64,000 bases of DNA from Squalus acanthias (Eukaryota), in contig CM059432.1 in the NCBI GenBank assembly GCA_030390025.1, positions 29,638,001 to 29,702,000 on the forward strand, read 5' to 3'. The number at the start of each line of letters is the position of its first letter. Within the stretch, counting starts at the first letter, position 1. A model generated the notes under the pieces. The model was not told where the DNA came from. It worked only from the letters and a program-made list of their open reading frames with translations, and did not search any database. Shown here one piece after another: positions 38,645 to 51,067 of this stretch. The position numbers and the translations under genes were made by a program.

Positions 38645-38809
38645 CAATGTTCCCTGTAAGCTGCGCTTTGTTCTGCGTGGCCTGTTTCTTTTAGCGTGCG
38701 GTCCCTTTTAAATTTCCGCGCATGTGCGGTATTTACAATGGAGCCAGTGAGCGGCCTGCGCGGGACCTTTCCTATTACTGTGTGGCCACGCATCTTAAAG
38801 GGAACATTG
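38645..38809. mobile_element. hAT MITE
   Basis: TIR CAATGTTCCCT / AGGGAACATTG; TSD GTGGTGAA / ATGGTGAA. Confidence 0.85.
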
Positions 38810-41006
38810 ATGGTGAATGTGTGCAACTAACAGTCCAGGGATCAGTCAACATGTTCAAGAGTAGTAGTTTAAGAATAGTTTTTTGGTGAAAGAAGCAATT
38901 GAAGGATGTATTTTCTGAATTTAGCCTTGGCACATTGGTAGTCCTCTTCCCTCTGAGTTAGAAGATTGCGGGTTCAAGTCTAGAGATTTCAGCATATAAT
39001 CTAGACTGGCACTTCAGTGCAGTACTGAATGAGTGCTGCGCTGTCAGAAGTGCTGCCCTGTCAGAAGTGTTGTATTTTAGATTAGATTTTAAACTGAGGC
39101 TCTATCTGTCTGCTTAAGGTGGACATAAAAGATCCCATAGCACTATCTGAAGAAGAGTAAGGAAGTTATCCTGCTGTCCTGGCCAACATTTTTCCGTCAA
39201 CCAACACCACCAAATAGATTATCTTGGTTACTTTATTGTATTGCTGCTTGTAAGTTCTTGCTGTGCACAAATTGGCTGCTCTGTTTGCCTACATAATAAG
39301 AACCATTAAACCTCAAAAATGTGTTATCTTTGTAGGGCTTTGGGATTTTCTAAGGACATGAAAGGTGTCATATAAATGCAAGCTTTTTCTTTCTTTTAAT
39401 CAGGTCTGCCATAGATATCATCTCAGGTTCAGTGGCATCAGTCACTCCCATAAGTGGTGTGAGTGTCTTACTTTGACTCCCACTGCCGTCTATCTACTTC
39501 AGGTGCAATAATTAAGCAGCCCTGTGACCTGTACTAGATATCCATGTATTTTACATATGTATTTCTTCAATCTTTGAAGATGGACTGAGTTGAGGTGAGA
39601 TGAGGTTTGATGAGTGAGATTTATTTCAACTGACTAAGGTACAGAACAAGTTATGATCAAATTCCACTTTGTTCAATCAATATAACTTATCTTCATGGAA
39701 AGATATAAAATAAAGAACACGCCACATTTCCCCACATTGATGGGTCATCTTACTTGACTTTAACAAGAGGTCTTCTAACTGTATACCAGCATTTCTATCA
39801 TCTTTATCTCAGTGAAGGCCCTAACAGATTTTCCTATAACAAAACCTGAATGCCTTGACAGCCATCCTGTTTCAAAAGTCACTCTTCTTATTCTTCTGCT
39901 TCTTAGACAGGGATTGAAGAGATTTCCAACACGATAGGTAAGCGGTATCTTCAAATTACCTAGATAAGCTAATGAATTGTTTATTGTTTAGACTTTGGGA
40001 AAAACAATATCTAGTTAGCATATTAACTATCCTTTGTCTTGGTGCCCATTTTTTAAAATCTCGTGAGAATGCACATTGCATTTCAAGACTCAGCATTAAA
40101 AGTATGATTTTTCTAAATCCTTTTGGTGGATAAATGATAAGAAAATTCCAAACTGTGACAGTATACATAAGAACATTAGAACATAAGAAATAGGAGCAGG
40201 AGTAGGCGATTCGGCCCTTCGAGCCTGCTCCGCCATTCAATAGATCATGGCTGATCTTCTACCTCATCTCCACTTACCTACACTATTCCCATATCCCTTG
40301 ATATCCAAAAATCTATCAATCTTTGTCTTGAATATACTCAACAACTGAACATCCACAGCCCTCTGGGGTAGAGAATTCCAAAGATTCACAACCCTTTCTC
40401 CTCATCTCAGTCCTAAATGGCCAACCCTTTATTCTGAGTCTGTGACCCCTGGTTCTAGATTCCCCAGCCAGGGGAAACATCCTCCCAGCATCTACCTTGT
40501 CAATCCCTGATGCCGCATTTATTGCCCATTCCTAATTGCCTTTTGATACAACTGAGTGACTTGCTAGGCTATTTCAGAGGGCAGTTAAGAGTCAACCACA
40601 TCACTGTGGGTCTGGAGTCACATATAGGCCAGACCAGGTAAGGACGGCAGATTTCCTTCCCTAAAGGACATTAGTGAACCAGATGCATTTTATGAAAATC
40701 CGGTAGTTTCATGGTTACCATTACTGATACTAGCTTTTTATTCCAGATTTATTTATTAACTGAATTTAAATTCCCCAGCTGCCGTGGTGGGATTTGAACT
40801 CATGTCTCCGGATCATTAGTCCAGGTTTGGATTACGAGTCCAGTAACTACCCGTACCCATTATACTATGGGATGTTTTTGAACTTAGACACCAGCCAGTT
40901 GGACCACGAATATCTATTTCTGGTTCTGTAGATTCCCATGCGCCTGTATGCAAATACTTTTGGGGCACATTAAGCACTAAAGCTTCTGTTTAATCAATGA
41001 AGGAAC

Positions 41007-41250
41007 TTGCATGTGAATGGACAGTACCCAGGATCAGCACATCCCCATTGAGTTGTCTCTGGCTGCAGTGTTTTAATGCGATGCAGACATCACTGCAACC
41101 AAGGACACAGGAGAGTGAGTGCCAGCAAAGAATAGTGGTTTTGGTGCCTTGCCTAATCCAGGAATGGGAATGTGGTCAGAATGAGCTAGTCAGAAGTGTG
41201 CAGAATCACGATCATTTTGGTCTGCTGCACGCTACACAACTTACAAGGGC
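41007..41250 (+). pseudogene. Highly decayed Harbinger transposase fragment
   Basis: LHVNGQYPGSAH (cf. AVNARYPGSSHD), WFWCL (cf. WFRCL), IILVCCTLHNL (cf. IVVCCMLHNL), in the same order as in the 49936-51067 transposase. Confidence 0.6.
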
Positions 41251-41550
41251 CTCCACTGCGACAGTGGACATGGAATTCAAAGGGCTCCAACTGCTCGCAT
41301 CGATCAAAGGTGACAAAGCATTTGCAAAAGAGATTAGGGACAACTCAATTATCACCCACTTCATTTCAGGCAATATCCTGTGCCAAGACTGGAAACATTA
41401 TACACAGTCTGGCTGATACCAAGCCATAAATACTCACAATTGTACTAACCTTGTCATGCACATGAAACATTCCACATATTTTCATGTAACCACTGGAGAA
41501 TGGAATGAATTGTCTTTGGTAGGACCTCTCTTATTGTTACACCAACAACT

Positions 41551-41865
41551 TCTTTAAAAGGAGTCCTTATGGCAAGATTCTCTTTAAAAGAAGACCTGAT
41601 AGTGAGATTCCCTCTTGAAAAGTTCTATTATCAGGGCTCTCTTTAACAGGGGTTCTGATAGCAAGACAGTTCCTTAAAAGGGGGCCTAATGGTCTTTTTA
41701 AAAGATAGCCTGATAGAGAGATTTCCTCTTTAAAATTGATTTTGATGGTGAGATTCCCTCTTTAAAAGGTATCCTGATGGCAAAACTCCCGCTTAAACAG
41801 GATCCTGATGGCGAGACTCCTTTTAGAAAGGGCTTCTGATGGTGAGGTTCCCTCTTTAAAGGGGG
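41551..41865. repeat. Degenerate ~31-bp tandem array, ~10-11 units
   Basis: Consensus approx. TCTTTAAAAGGNNTCCTGATGGYGAGATTCCC. Confidence 0.75.
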
Positions 41866-42009
41866 TAACGAGCATAAGGAAGAAAAAAATTGAAGGGGAT
41901 AAAATAAAGTTTCTCTGTTGTTGAGCTGATGAATTTGCACAACTCCACCAATTGTTTACCCAGGAAGTTAACTCATTGCTGGCCACAAGCAACACACACA
42001 AAAGTAAAG

Positions 42010-42440
42010 CCTTTTTTGAACAAGGGTGTAACATTTGTAATTCTCCAGTCCTCTGGCGTCACCCCGGTATCTAAGGAGGATTGGAAGATTATGGCCAGTA
42101 CCTCTGCGATTTCCACCTTAACTTCCCTCAGCGTCCTAAGATGCATCCCATCTGGTCCTGGTGACTTATTTACTTTAAGTACAGCCAGCCTTTCTAGTAC
42201 CTCCTCTTTATCAATGTTTATCCCATCCAGTATCTCCACTACCTTCTCTTTAACTATGACTTTTGCAGCATCTTCTTCCTTGGTGAAGACAGATGCAAAG
42301 TATTCATTTAGTATCTCAGCCATGCCCTCTGCCTCCATGCGTAGGTCTCCTTTTTGGTCCCTAATCGGCCCCACCCCTCCTCTTACTACCTGTTTACTAT
42401 TTAAATGTCTATAGAAGACTTTTGAATTCCCTTTTATGTT
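42010..42440 (-). mobile_element. CR1 internal fragment, same subfamily as 33524-35368
   Basis: GPIRDQKGDLRMEAEGMAE..NEYFASVFTKE, KSPGPDG. Confidence 0.9.
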
Positions 42441-42846
42441 AGCAGGACAAATCCAATTACCGGCCTATCAGCCTACTTTCAATCATAAGCAAAGTGATGG
42501 AAGAAGTGGTAACAGTCCTAATAAAAAGCTGACACAGATAGAATGGGCAGAATGGCCTCCTTCTCTATTGGAAAATTCTATGGCACCTTTTCCACCATCC
42601 TGTAATCTCATTCAAGACGTATCTTGTGAGGAGTGCTGTATAAATGTAAATAGTAGTTGCTGCAGTCAAGATTTAAGCAGGAAGAAGACACCTCTCAATT
42701 CACAAGCATCATTATAAGACCATGTATTAAGGTGTGGACCATGTAGCCTAGGAAATATCACGATCCATAAAGCATACAGTTATCTGATTAAATATGTCCT
42801 TACAACAGTAAATCCTGTTCCCAACTAGATACTTATCCAGCTATTA

Positions 42847-43209
42847 CAGGAAACTCTCTTTTAACCGGCACCCAAATAACCGGAATCTCTCTTAACCGGC
42901 AAAATTCTTGAGTAGGTAACCGGGGTTTTCCTTCATCTCTCCTTTAAAAATAACTTTAAAAAAAACCCCGAGGCATTTGCCTTGTATCGGAGCATGTAGA
43001 TTGGGAGGGGAATGTGCAGCCCGGGTAGGCAGCGGACATGACAGATGGTCAGCTGGCGGTCCCCGGGGAGACGGAGCTCCGAATGCAGGCGCATGTCAGT
43101 GTGTACGGGGCTCTCGTACGTTGGGAGATATAACTCTCCGTTATCCGGACTTTTTGATTAACCGGCACCACGCCGGTCCCGTCGGTGCCGGTTAATAAAG
43201 AGTTTCCTG
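42847..43209. mobile_element. Tc1/mariner (Tigger/pogo-type) MITE
   Basis: ~26-bp TIR CAGGAAACTCTCTTTTAACCGGCACC / GGTGCCGGTTAATAAAGAGTTTCCTG with TA on both flanks; internal repeats of TAACCGG. Confidence 0.9.
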
Positions 43210-45859
43210 TATTTAGAACAATCAGCTTTGGCTTGAAATGTACACCACACGTCCACATCTTCTGTGCAGAGAAAATCAGCATCTAAGGGTAGACATTATG
43301 ATCAGTACAGTTCTGGTGCAGATACTTAAAGTAAACAGGCATAAAAACTAATCACAGAGCAGAATCTGAGGCCTGTTCATTTTTTCAGCTTTTGTTTTCA
43401 GTTTTCATTAGTGAAGAATATTCCCGGGAATTTTCAGGGTAGCGGTGTGGGGTGGGAGGGTGGGGGGGGGGGGGGGGGGAATCGGATCTTTTAAAAACAG
43501 ATACAAGTAGGAGGGAGAATTAAAAATGAAAATCAAAGAAAAACTGTGTGGGAGTGTATGTATGGGTGTGTGTGTATATATATATATGTGTGTGTGTGTG
43601 TGTATGCGTGTAAAGAAAAAAGAAAGACTTGCTTTTATATAGTGCCTTTCATGTCCTGAGGATATCCCAAAGTGAATTACAGCCAGTGAAGTACTTTTTT
43701 GAAGTGTAGTCGTTGTTGTAATATAGGAAATGTAGCAGCCAATTTGCACACAGCAAAGGCCCACAAACAGCAATGTGATAATGACCAGAATTCTGTTTTT
43801 ATGTGTTGGTTGAGGGATAAATATTGGCCAGGACACTGGGGAGAACTCCCCTGCTCTTCTTTGAATAGTGCCGTGGAATCTTTTACATCCACCTGAGAGG
43901 GCAAACTGGGCCTTGGTTTAAAGTCTCATCTGAAAGACAGCACATCGAAAAGTGCAGCACTCTCTCAGTACTACACTGAAGTGTCAGCCTAGTGTGTGTG
44001 TGTGTCAGTGTTCACTCAGCACATCCTTTAATTGTGGGTGTGTAAAAGTATTACACTTGAACTACTTAACAATTGAAATGCTTGGCATGGAGAGAGAACG
44101 TGGGTTTCTGGGAAGCGAAAAGCAGTATTTGCAGTTCAAATCCATCAAAAATAATGGGAGGATGTGTTTTTTTTAAATGAGGGAATAATGAAATGGCAAT
44201 AAAGGGAATGAGTTGAGGGGGGAAAGCAGAAATCTTTTGATAAAAAATGCAGACCCATTAATCATTTGATACTTGTGCCCTCCAATTCCAGTTTAATAAC
44301 CTGCTTACAGCCACATTATCCAAGCCTCTCAGCACTTTAATGAACTGAATCATTTCTCCAGGGAGTTGAGGGGGATGGGCTAGGCTAGGGGAGTTGGGGA
44401 GGGGGAAATTAAGAGAATTGAAAAATGACAATTTCAGGTCTTGAGCCGAAAGGGTGGAACAATCAGGATGACACATTTACCTATTACTGGATTCTTATTG
44501 CATTGATGGTTCCGTCCATTAAAATAAAATGGGGGAGGGGCAGAACAAGAAAAAATCTGGCAAATTAATCGCAACAATTTCCGGACTTGAGACTGTCGGA
44601 TGTGATAATTTAATAAGAGGCCCATTACTTCACGGGAATTTTAAAAATCGGCTATTTGCAATTTAGTTTGGAGCTTTAGTATTGGGAGAAAAAAAAATCA
44701 TCTTAAATATAGATGAGCTGCTTTAGCTAACTAAGGGAAGACTGATGTCTGTCAGACCAACCCAGGCCCTCATACAAGCACATCAGATTGACAGCTTACA
44801 ACCTACTTTTCTCAGTCTCTGCATTTTTTTTTCACAAGTGTTGTCCCACTTACTGAGACTTGGGGGAAAAAAATCTTCCATTCTCTTGAATTAAGGGAAA
44901 TAAACAAATTCATGCTTAAAAATCTTGCTAGAAATCGCGGAGTAAATAGAGAAAATTCTAATACGTTTGTCAAGGGAGCTTCCCGGATGGGTTAGTGGAT
45001 AAATACACTATGTGGTGTGATACTAAGTCATATGGAGCAGAAAGTCCCAAGATTGATCTCAGGTCAGATAGCATTCGGGTTGTTGAAATTAGCCTCAGTA
45101 CCCTTGGGCTCGAGAGGGGAACAATCAACCAGAGTTCCTGCTCCATATCGCCGTCCAGTGACCTCTGCTAGAAAGTCTACCCTTGTGGTCATTAGGATGG
45201 GATGTCCTACAGGGTCACATAGCCGGCTGATGCTTGCAGTCTCGGCTCACTTGACTACTTGCGTGAGACATCAAAATCTTGCCAGTACCAATGGAAAGGT
45301 GACTCAGTCAGAGTCAGTGCCGACAGCAGAGGAGAGAAGAGAAGCTGAGAGGAGAAAGCGGACCAAAAGAAAGAGCTAAAAAAGGGAAACAAAGGTCGCT
45401 CCAACCTGGTACTGCGGTCTATACGTAGATGCGTGTTGTAGACTGGGTCAACATCACCATAGAAGAGAAGCTAGGTTAATGTTTTGGGAGCAGGCCAGGC
45501 TGAGTTGGTGATGGACAGGGACTAAAAATGTGTGGCGTTAATGTGAATAAGCAGCAAAAGAAAAATGGAGCTTTCTTGGAGTTTTGCAAGCGCACTCCAG
45601 CTTCCGTTGTTGTGAACTGACATTTCAATCAATAATCTATTACTCCAGCCATTGGGATAGCGCACAATGCTTTGTTTAAATGGTAGGCTACAGCCATCCA
45701 AAAGATGCATATTTCCTGTAGAAATGATAGGACCTGTCATATAACGCAAGTGGGATGTATTTATGGCAATCAGCTGAAGCAGCTGCTTTTATGCAGTGTG
45801 TACCTCTCTCGCACTCTTGGACAGGAAATAAAATAAAGCTAGTTATCTTATACATTTAA

Positions 45860-47013
45860 ACCTTTATAAATCACTGGTTAGGCCTCAGCTGGAGTATTGT
45901 GTCCAATTCTGGGAACCACACTTTAGGAAGGATGTCAAGTCCTTGGAGAGGGTGCAGAGGAGATTTACGAGAAGGGATGAGGGACTTCAGTTATGTGGAG
46001 AGTCTAGTGAAACTGGGATTGTTCTCCTTAGAGCAGAGAAGGTAAGTGGAGATTGAATAGAGGTGTTCAAAACCATGAAGTGTTTTGATAGAGTAAATAA
46101 GGAGAAACTGTTTCTACTGACAGAAGGGTCGGTAATCAGAGGACATAGATTTAAGATAATTGGCAAAAGGACCAGAGGGGAGATGAGGTTAAATCTTTTT
46201 ACACAGCGAGTTGTTATGATATGGAATGCACTGCCTGGAAGGGTGGTGGAAGCAGAATAAGTAGTAACTTACAAAAGGGGATTGGATACAAACGTGTAAA
46301 GGAGAAATTTGCAGGGCTATGGGTAAGAGCAGGGGTGTGGGACTAATTGGATAGCTCTTTCAAAGAGCCAGCACAGGAATGGCACTGGAGAGGTACCACC
46401 AACGCTGCCTCCGCAAGATCCTGCAAATCCATTGGCAGGATAGGCGCACCAACGTCAGTGTTCTCGCTCAGGCCAACATCCCCAGCATCGAAGCTTTGAC
46501 CACGCTCGATCAGCTCCGATGGACGGGTCACATCGTCCGCATGCCCAATACGAGACTCCCAAAACAAGCGCTCTTCACGGAGCTCCGACACGGCAAGAGA
46601 GCCTCAGGTGGGCAGAGGAAATGCTTCAAGGACACCCTCAAAGCCTCCTTGAAAAAGTGCAACATCCCCACTGACACCTGGGAATCCTGGCCCAAGACCG
46701 CACAAAGTGGAGGAGAAGCATTCGGGAAGGCGCCAAACACATCGAGTCTCTTCGCCGGGAGCAAGCGGAAGCCAAGCGCAAACAGTGGAAGGAGCGCACG
46801 TCAACCCAAGCACCCCACCCACCCGCCCCTTCAACCGCCGTCTGCCCCACCTGTGACAGAGACTGTAGGTCCCGCATTGGACTCATCAGTCACCTGAGAA
46901 CTCATTTTTAATGTGGAAGCAAGTCATCTTCAGTTCCGAGGGACTGCCTAAGAAGAAGAAGAAGGATGGGCTGAATGGCCTCCTTCTGTGTTGTATGATT
47001 CTATGATTCTATG
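45860..47013 (+). mobile_element. CR1 3' fragment interrupted by an RTE insertion
   Basis: LYKSLVRPQLEYCVQFW; 3' UTR resumes at ~46965 with ATTCTATG tail. Confidence 0.85.
46380..46963 (+). mobile_element. RTE-clade LINE 3' fragment
   Basis: LERYHQRCLRKILQIHWQDR, QLRWTGHIVRM..RLPKQ, GGQRKCFKDTLK, terminal CxxC..H, (AAG)n tail. Confidence 0.9.
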
Positions 47014-48290
47014 ATGTGATTCCACTCTGAATTTAAGCATTCGGCCTCTCTCTGGAGGTGAGAGAGAAGAGAGACAAAGAGAGACAGACAGGCAGATAGA
47101 GGTTAAGCCATTAATAATGTTCTCAGTTAGACTTATATTTTGGTTTGGTGCCAATCCCCATTACCATTGCTTAACAGTAGATGTGTCGGATACTGTGATA
47201 GTCTGACAGTACTACATAGGATTACATAAGATATACAGCACAGAAACAGGCCATTCGTCCCAACCAGTCCATGCCGCCATTTATGCTCCACTCGAACCTT
47301 TCCTCAGCATTTCCTTCCCCCTCATATGCTTATCTAACCGCCCCTTAAATGCATCTATACTATTCGCTTCAACCAATACCTGTGGTAGGGAGTTCCACAT
47401 TCTCACCACTCTCTGGGTAAAGAAGTTTCTTCTGAATTCCCTAATTGATTTCTTGGTGACTATCTTATATTGTTGGCCTCTAGTTATGCTCTTCCCCACA
47501 AGTGAAAACACTCTCTCTGTATCTACTCTAGCAAAACCTTTCATGATTTTAAAGACCTCTATTAGGTCACCCCTCAGCCTTTTCTTTTCAAGAGAAAAGA
47601 GACCCAGCCTGTTCATTCTTTCCTGATATGTATACCCTCGCATTTCTGGTATCAACCTTGTAAATCTTCTCTGCACCCTCTCCAGTGCCTCTATATCCTT
47701 TTTATAATATGGCGACCAGAATTGTATGCAGTACTCCAAGTGTGGTCCAACCAAGGTTCGATCCAAAATTAACATAACTTCACTACTTTTCAATTCTATC
47801 CCTCTAGAAATAAATCCTAGTGCTTGGTTTGCTTTTTTTATGGCCTTGTTAACCTGTGTCAATACTTTTAGAGATTTTTGTATTTGTACTCGGAGATCCC
47901 TTTGCTCCTCTACCCCATTTAGATTCTCAGGGTAAGAAATTCGGTATCGCCCCGTTTGGGGCGCAATTATCGGCCGGGCGCAAAGTTTAGCGCCTGGCGC
48001 TAATTATCGCCTCTGACTGCAAACTTGGCTTCTATCGGCCCTGGAGTTGATTGGCGCGCTAAATCAGGCGCTACACACCTCTCTTAAGGTGCTAACGTCG
48101 AGGAGCGAGGCGCTACCTCAGAGCGCTGGCGAAGCTCAGGTGATGTCAGTTAGCAATGGAACACAGACAGACTGGCGCCGGCCAGTTCTTAAAGGGGAGG
48201 GTCGATGTTGCTGTCCAGCCACACCCTGCTCATTGCAGCCTTGAATCTCGGCTTGGAGAGACCTGTACATCAATTCTGCTGGAACCACCA

Positions 48291-49636
48291 ATGGATAGGC
48301 CCAGGGAAAGAGCTCAGCGCTTCAGCGACCGGGCCTTGGTGGCTCTGGTTGGCACTGTGGAGCAGCGACGGGCAGTGCTCTACCCACAGAGTGGCAGGAG
48401 GCCATTGCCCCGTGAATACAGAAGAGTCTGGAGGAAGGTGGCTCAGCACGTCTCCTCCAGGAGCCTGGTGCCCAGGACTCACACCCAATGTCGGAAGAAT
48501 TTCAACTACCTCACTTGGGTGGTCAGGGTGAGTGGCTGTTTTTCAATATCTCTACATCCCTCCATCTCAACTTCACTCTGTGCCCAAAGGGTTTAAAAAT
48601 CCCAAATACCCAGCACTCATCCAAGACCTATGGCCACCTCATAAAACACACACGCACATTCCACACCTTGCATACATTAAGGGCTATTCAACTATGGGAG
48701 GCACATCATGCAAGCACATGGCTGCACATTCACTCAGACGCCGTCTGTGTTTCCCGAGGGAGCCCATGCCGACACTGGGACCACGCCTTCCCTGGAGGGG
48801 AGCAGGGGGGTAGGGTCTGATGAGGCCGAAGCTCGGGGACCTAGCGGGCTGCAGCAATGCCATGGGGGTAGGGAAGCTCGGGGGCCATCTCCCCGGAGGG
48901 CAAGTAGGCAAGCTGCACTGGACTCAGAGGAGGACCGCGTCATCTCGGCAATGAATAGCCAGGCCTTGAGCATGTACACAGAGCTCATGGGTGCAATGGG
49001 AAGGGTGCCTGAAAGCATTGATGGACTGGCTAGGAGTGTGGAGCAGTCCGCTGCAGCACAGGCCGACGCAATGCAAAGGCTTAGTGCTGCAATTCAGTCA
49101 TTGGCTGGTGCCATCCAGTGTCAGACTGCTCTCATGCAGTCTCAGATTGATGTCACGCAAGCACTGACTGCTGCCATCCTCGCTGGGTTGGCCACATTGA
49201 CCCGGGCTCTCACGGTGCTGCAGCAGGCCAGCAATCTGTGCTCGAGCAGATTGCTCTGGATGCTGAGGTACTGCCCCGTGGGAGTGCCAATGTGTCGGTC
49301 GAGCAGGAAGGTGCTGTCCTCTCTCAGGATGACAGCATTCCTGCTCCCACCACTGGCACTTCCCCATTGCACTTGCCACCGCCTGCAACACAGCCAGCCC
49401 AGCCTGCTGCCGCCCATGCAGAATTGGAGCAGTCTGCAGTCGGGGCCTCCAGGCCCAGAGCTGGTCAAGGGAGTCCTTCAAGGGCATCTGTAGTCTCAGC
49501 ATCTGACATTCAGCAGCCTTCCACCAGCCTTGTTGCAGCCACTGGGGCCCCATTACGGAGGAGCAGTAGGAAAGGGGGGAAGTGCGCAGGGGATGGAGAT
49601 CACCCTCGAAGGACAAACAGTAGGAGGTCTAAATAA
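48291..49636 (+). pseudogene. Harbinger Myb/SANT protein gene; exon 1 48291-48527, downstream exon ~48759-49636 frameshifted
   Basis: MDRPRERAQRFSDRAL..VWRKVAQHV..RTHTQCRKNFNYL, donor AGG|GTGAGT; Ala/Gln-rich coiled-coil-like region and basic C-terminus. Confidence 0.85.
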
Positions 49637-49935
49637 ATGGTGGGAATGTTTGTAGTAAAGGTCGAGGTTCGTGTGATTACATTTGTTTACTGTTTTGCTG
49701 TTTATCTCCATCTTGTGAGAACCAGTTCTGTTAATTCATGATTTGTTGTGTTTGTTTCTAATTGTTTGTCCTGAATAAATGACACACACAGAGTTTGTTA
49801 AAGAAAAAAGTTGTTGTATTCTAAATTTACATTTTTGCCCTTTGGAATCATTCCAGCTTTGGCCGGCAATAGTGGGTGCGGGTTGCTTTCCATGATGTTG
49901 TTCTCCATGCCAGAAGCCATCTTCTGAGTAGGGGC

Positions 49936-51067
49936 CTAGAAGCGGCTTCTTATCAGCCGTTGATGGACAGCCCTTGCAGTGGCAACATTGTGCGCCTCCC
50001 TCCCACGTTGGTGCTGCTGTTGATCCTCCTCCTCAGGTGGTGCACCAATCCCCAGTGGCATTGGCTGGGTCCTCAGGATTGCCAGGTTGTGAAGCATGCA
50101 GCACACAACTATGAACAGGGAGACTCGCTCAGGAGAGTACTGCAGGGCTTCTCCTGAGTGGTCCAGACAGCGGAACCATTGCTTGAGCATGCCGATCATC
50201 TGCTCAATGATGTTCCTGGTGGCGAGATGGCTCTCATTATACCGCAGCTCAGCAGGGGTGTTGGGGTTACAGAGTGGTGTCATCAGCCAGGTGCAGAGTG
50301 GATAACCTTTGTCCCTGAGGAGCCATCCACTTGGGTGATGCGGTGCCTGGAAAAGGTCTGGCACACCAGTGTGGTGCAGGATGAAAGCATCGTGGCTGCT
50401 GCCAGGATAGCGGGCATTGACGGCGAGTATGAGCTGTGTGTGGTCACAGACCAACTGCACATTTAAGGAGTGGTAGCCCTTGCGGTTTCGGAATACCTCT
50501 GCATTTTCATGCGGTGCCCGCAATGCCACATGCGTGCAGTCAATGGCGCCCTGCACCATGGGGAAGCCCGCTATCCTAGAAAAAGCCACATGCGCATTCA
50601 TGCTGTTTGGCCCGGATCATGGGGAAAGAGATGTACTGGCGTCTCCTTTTATACGGGGCATTTGTCACCTCCCGGATACAACAATCGACAGCGAACTGGA
50701 AGATATTGGCGATGTCCCCAGTAGATGCTTGAAAGGAGCCGTTGGCATAAAAATTCAGAGCCACTGTCACCTTCACTGCCACCGACAGAGACATCCTGGT
50801 CCTCAATTGAGGCTGCAGATCTGGTTGCAGCAGGTGGCAGAGCTCAGTGACCACCTCCTTGCTGAAGCGCAGCCTGCACAAACACGGCTCCTCAGACAAA
50901 TTAATGTAGGAGAATTGTTCCCAGAATACCCTCGGAGGGTAAGGTCTCCTGTGCAGAGGCCTGTTGGCCCTCCTCCCTCTGGCCATGTTTGCCACTCTCT
51001 CTCTGTGTCTCTGCTGCCTCTGATTCTGCAGGTGCAGGACGACACCCCAAATCAATGCAGCCCCCAA
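49936..51067 (-). pseudogene. Harbinger (HARBI1-like, IS5-related) DDE transposase with one frameshift near 50600
   Basis: RLRFSK, GAIDCTH, NRKGYHSLNVQLVCD, YPGSSHDAFIL, LLRDKGYP, RNIIEQMIGMLK, CCMLHN. Confidence 0.95.

Noticed and set aside
40997..41416. 139-aa ORF as a host gene
   Set aside because: Better explained as read-through across a decayed Harbinger transposase fragment
49936..51067. Domesticated HARBI1 gene
   Set aside because: Frameshifted, enclosed by TIRs and TSD, inserted in a LINE, with related mobile derivatives
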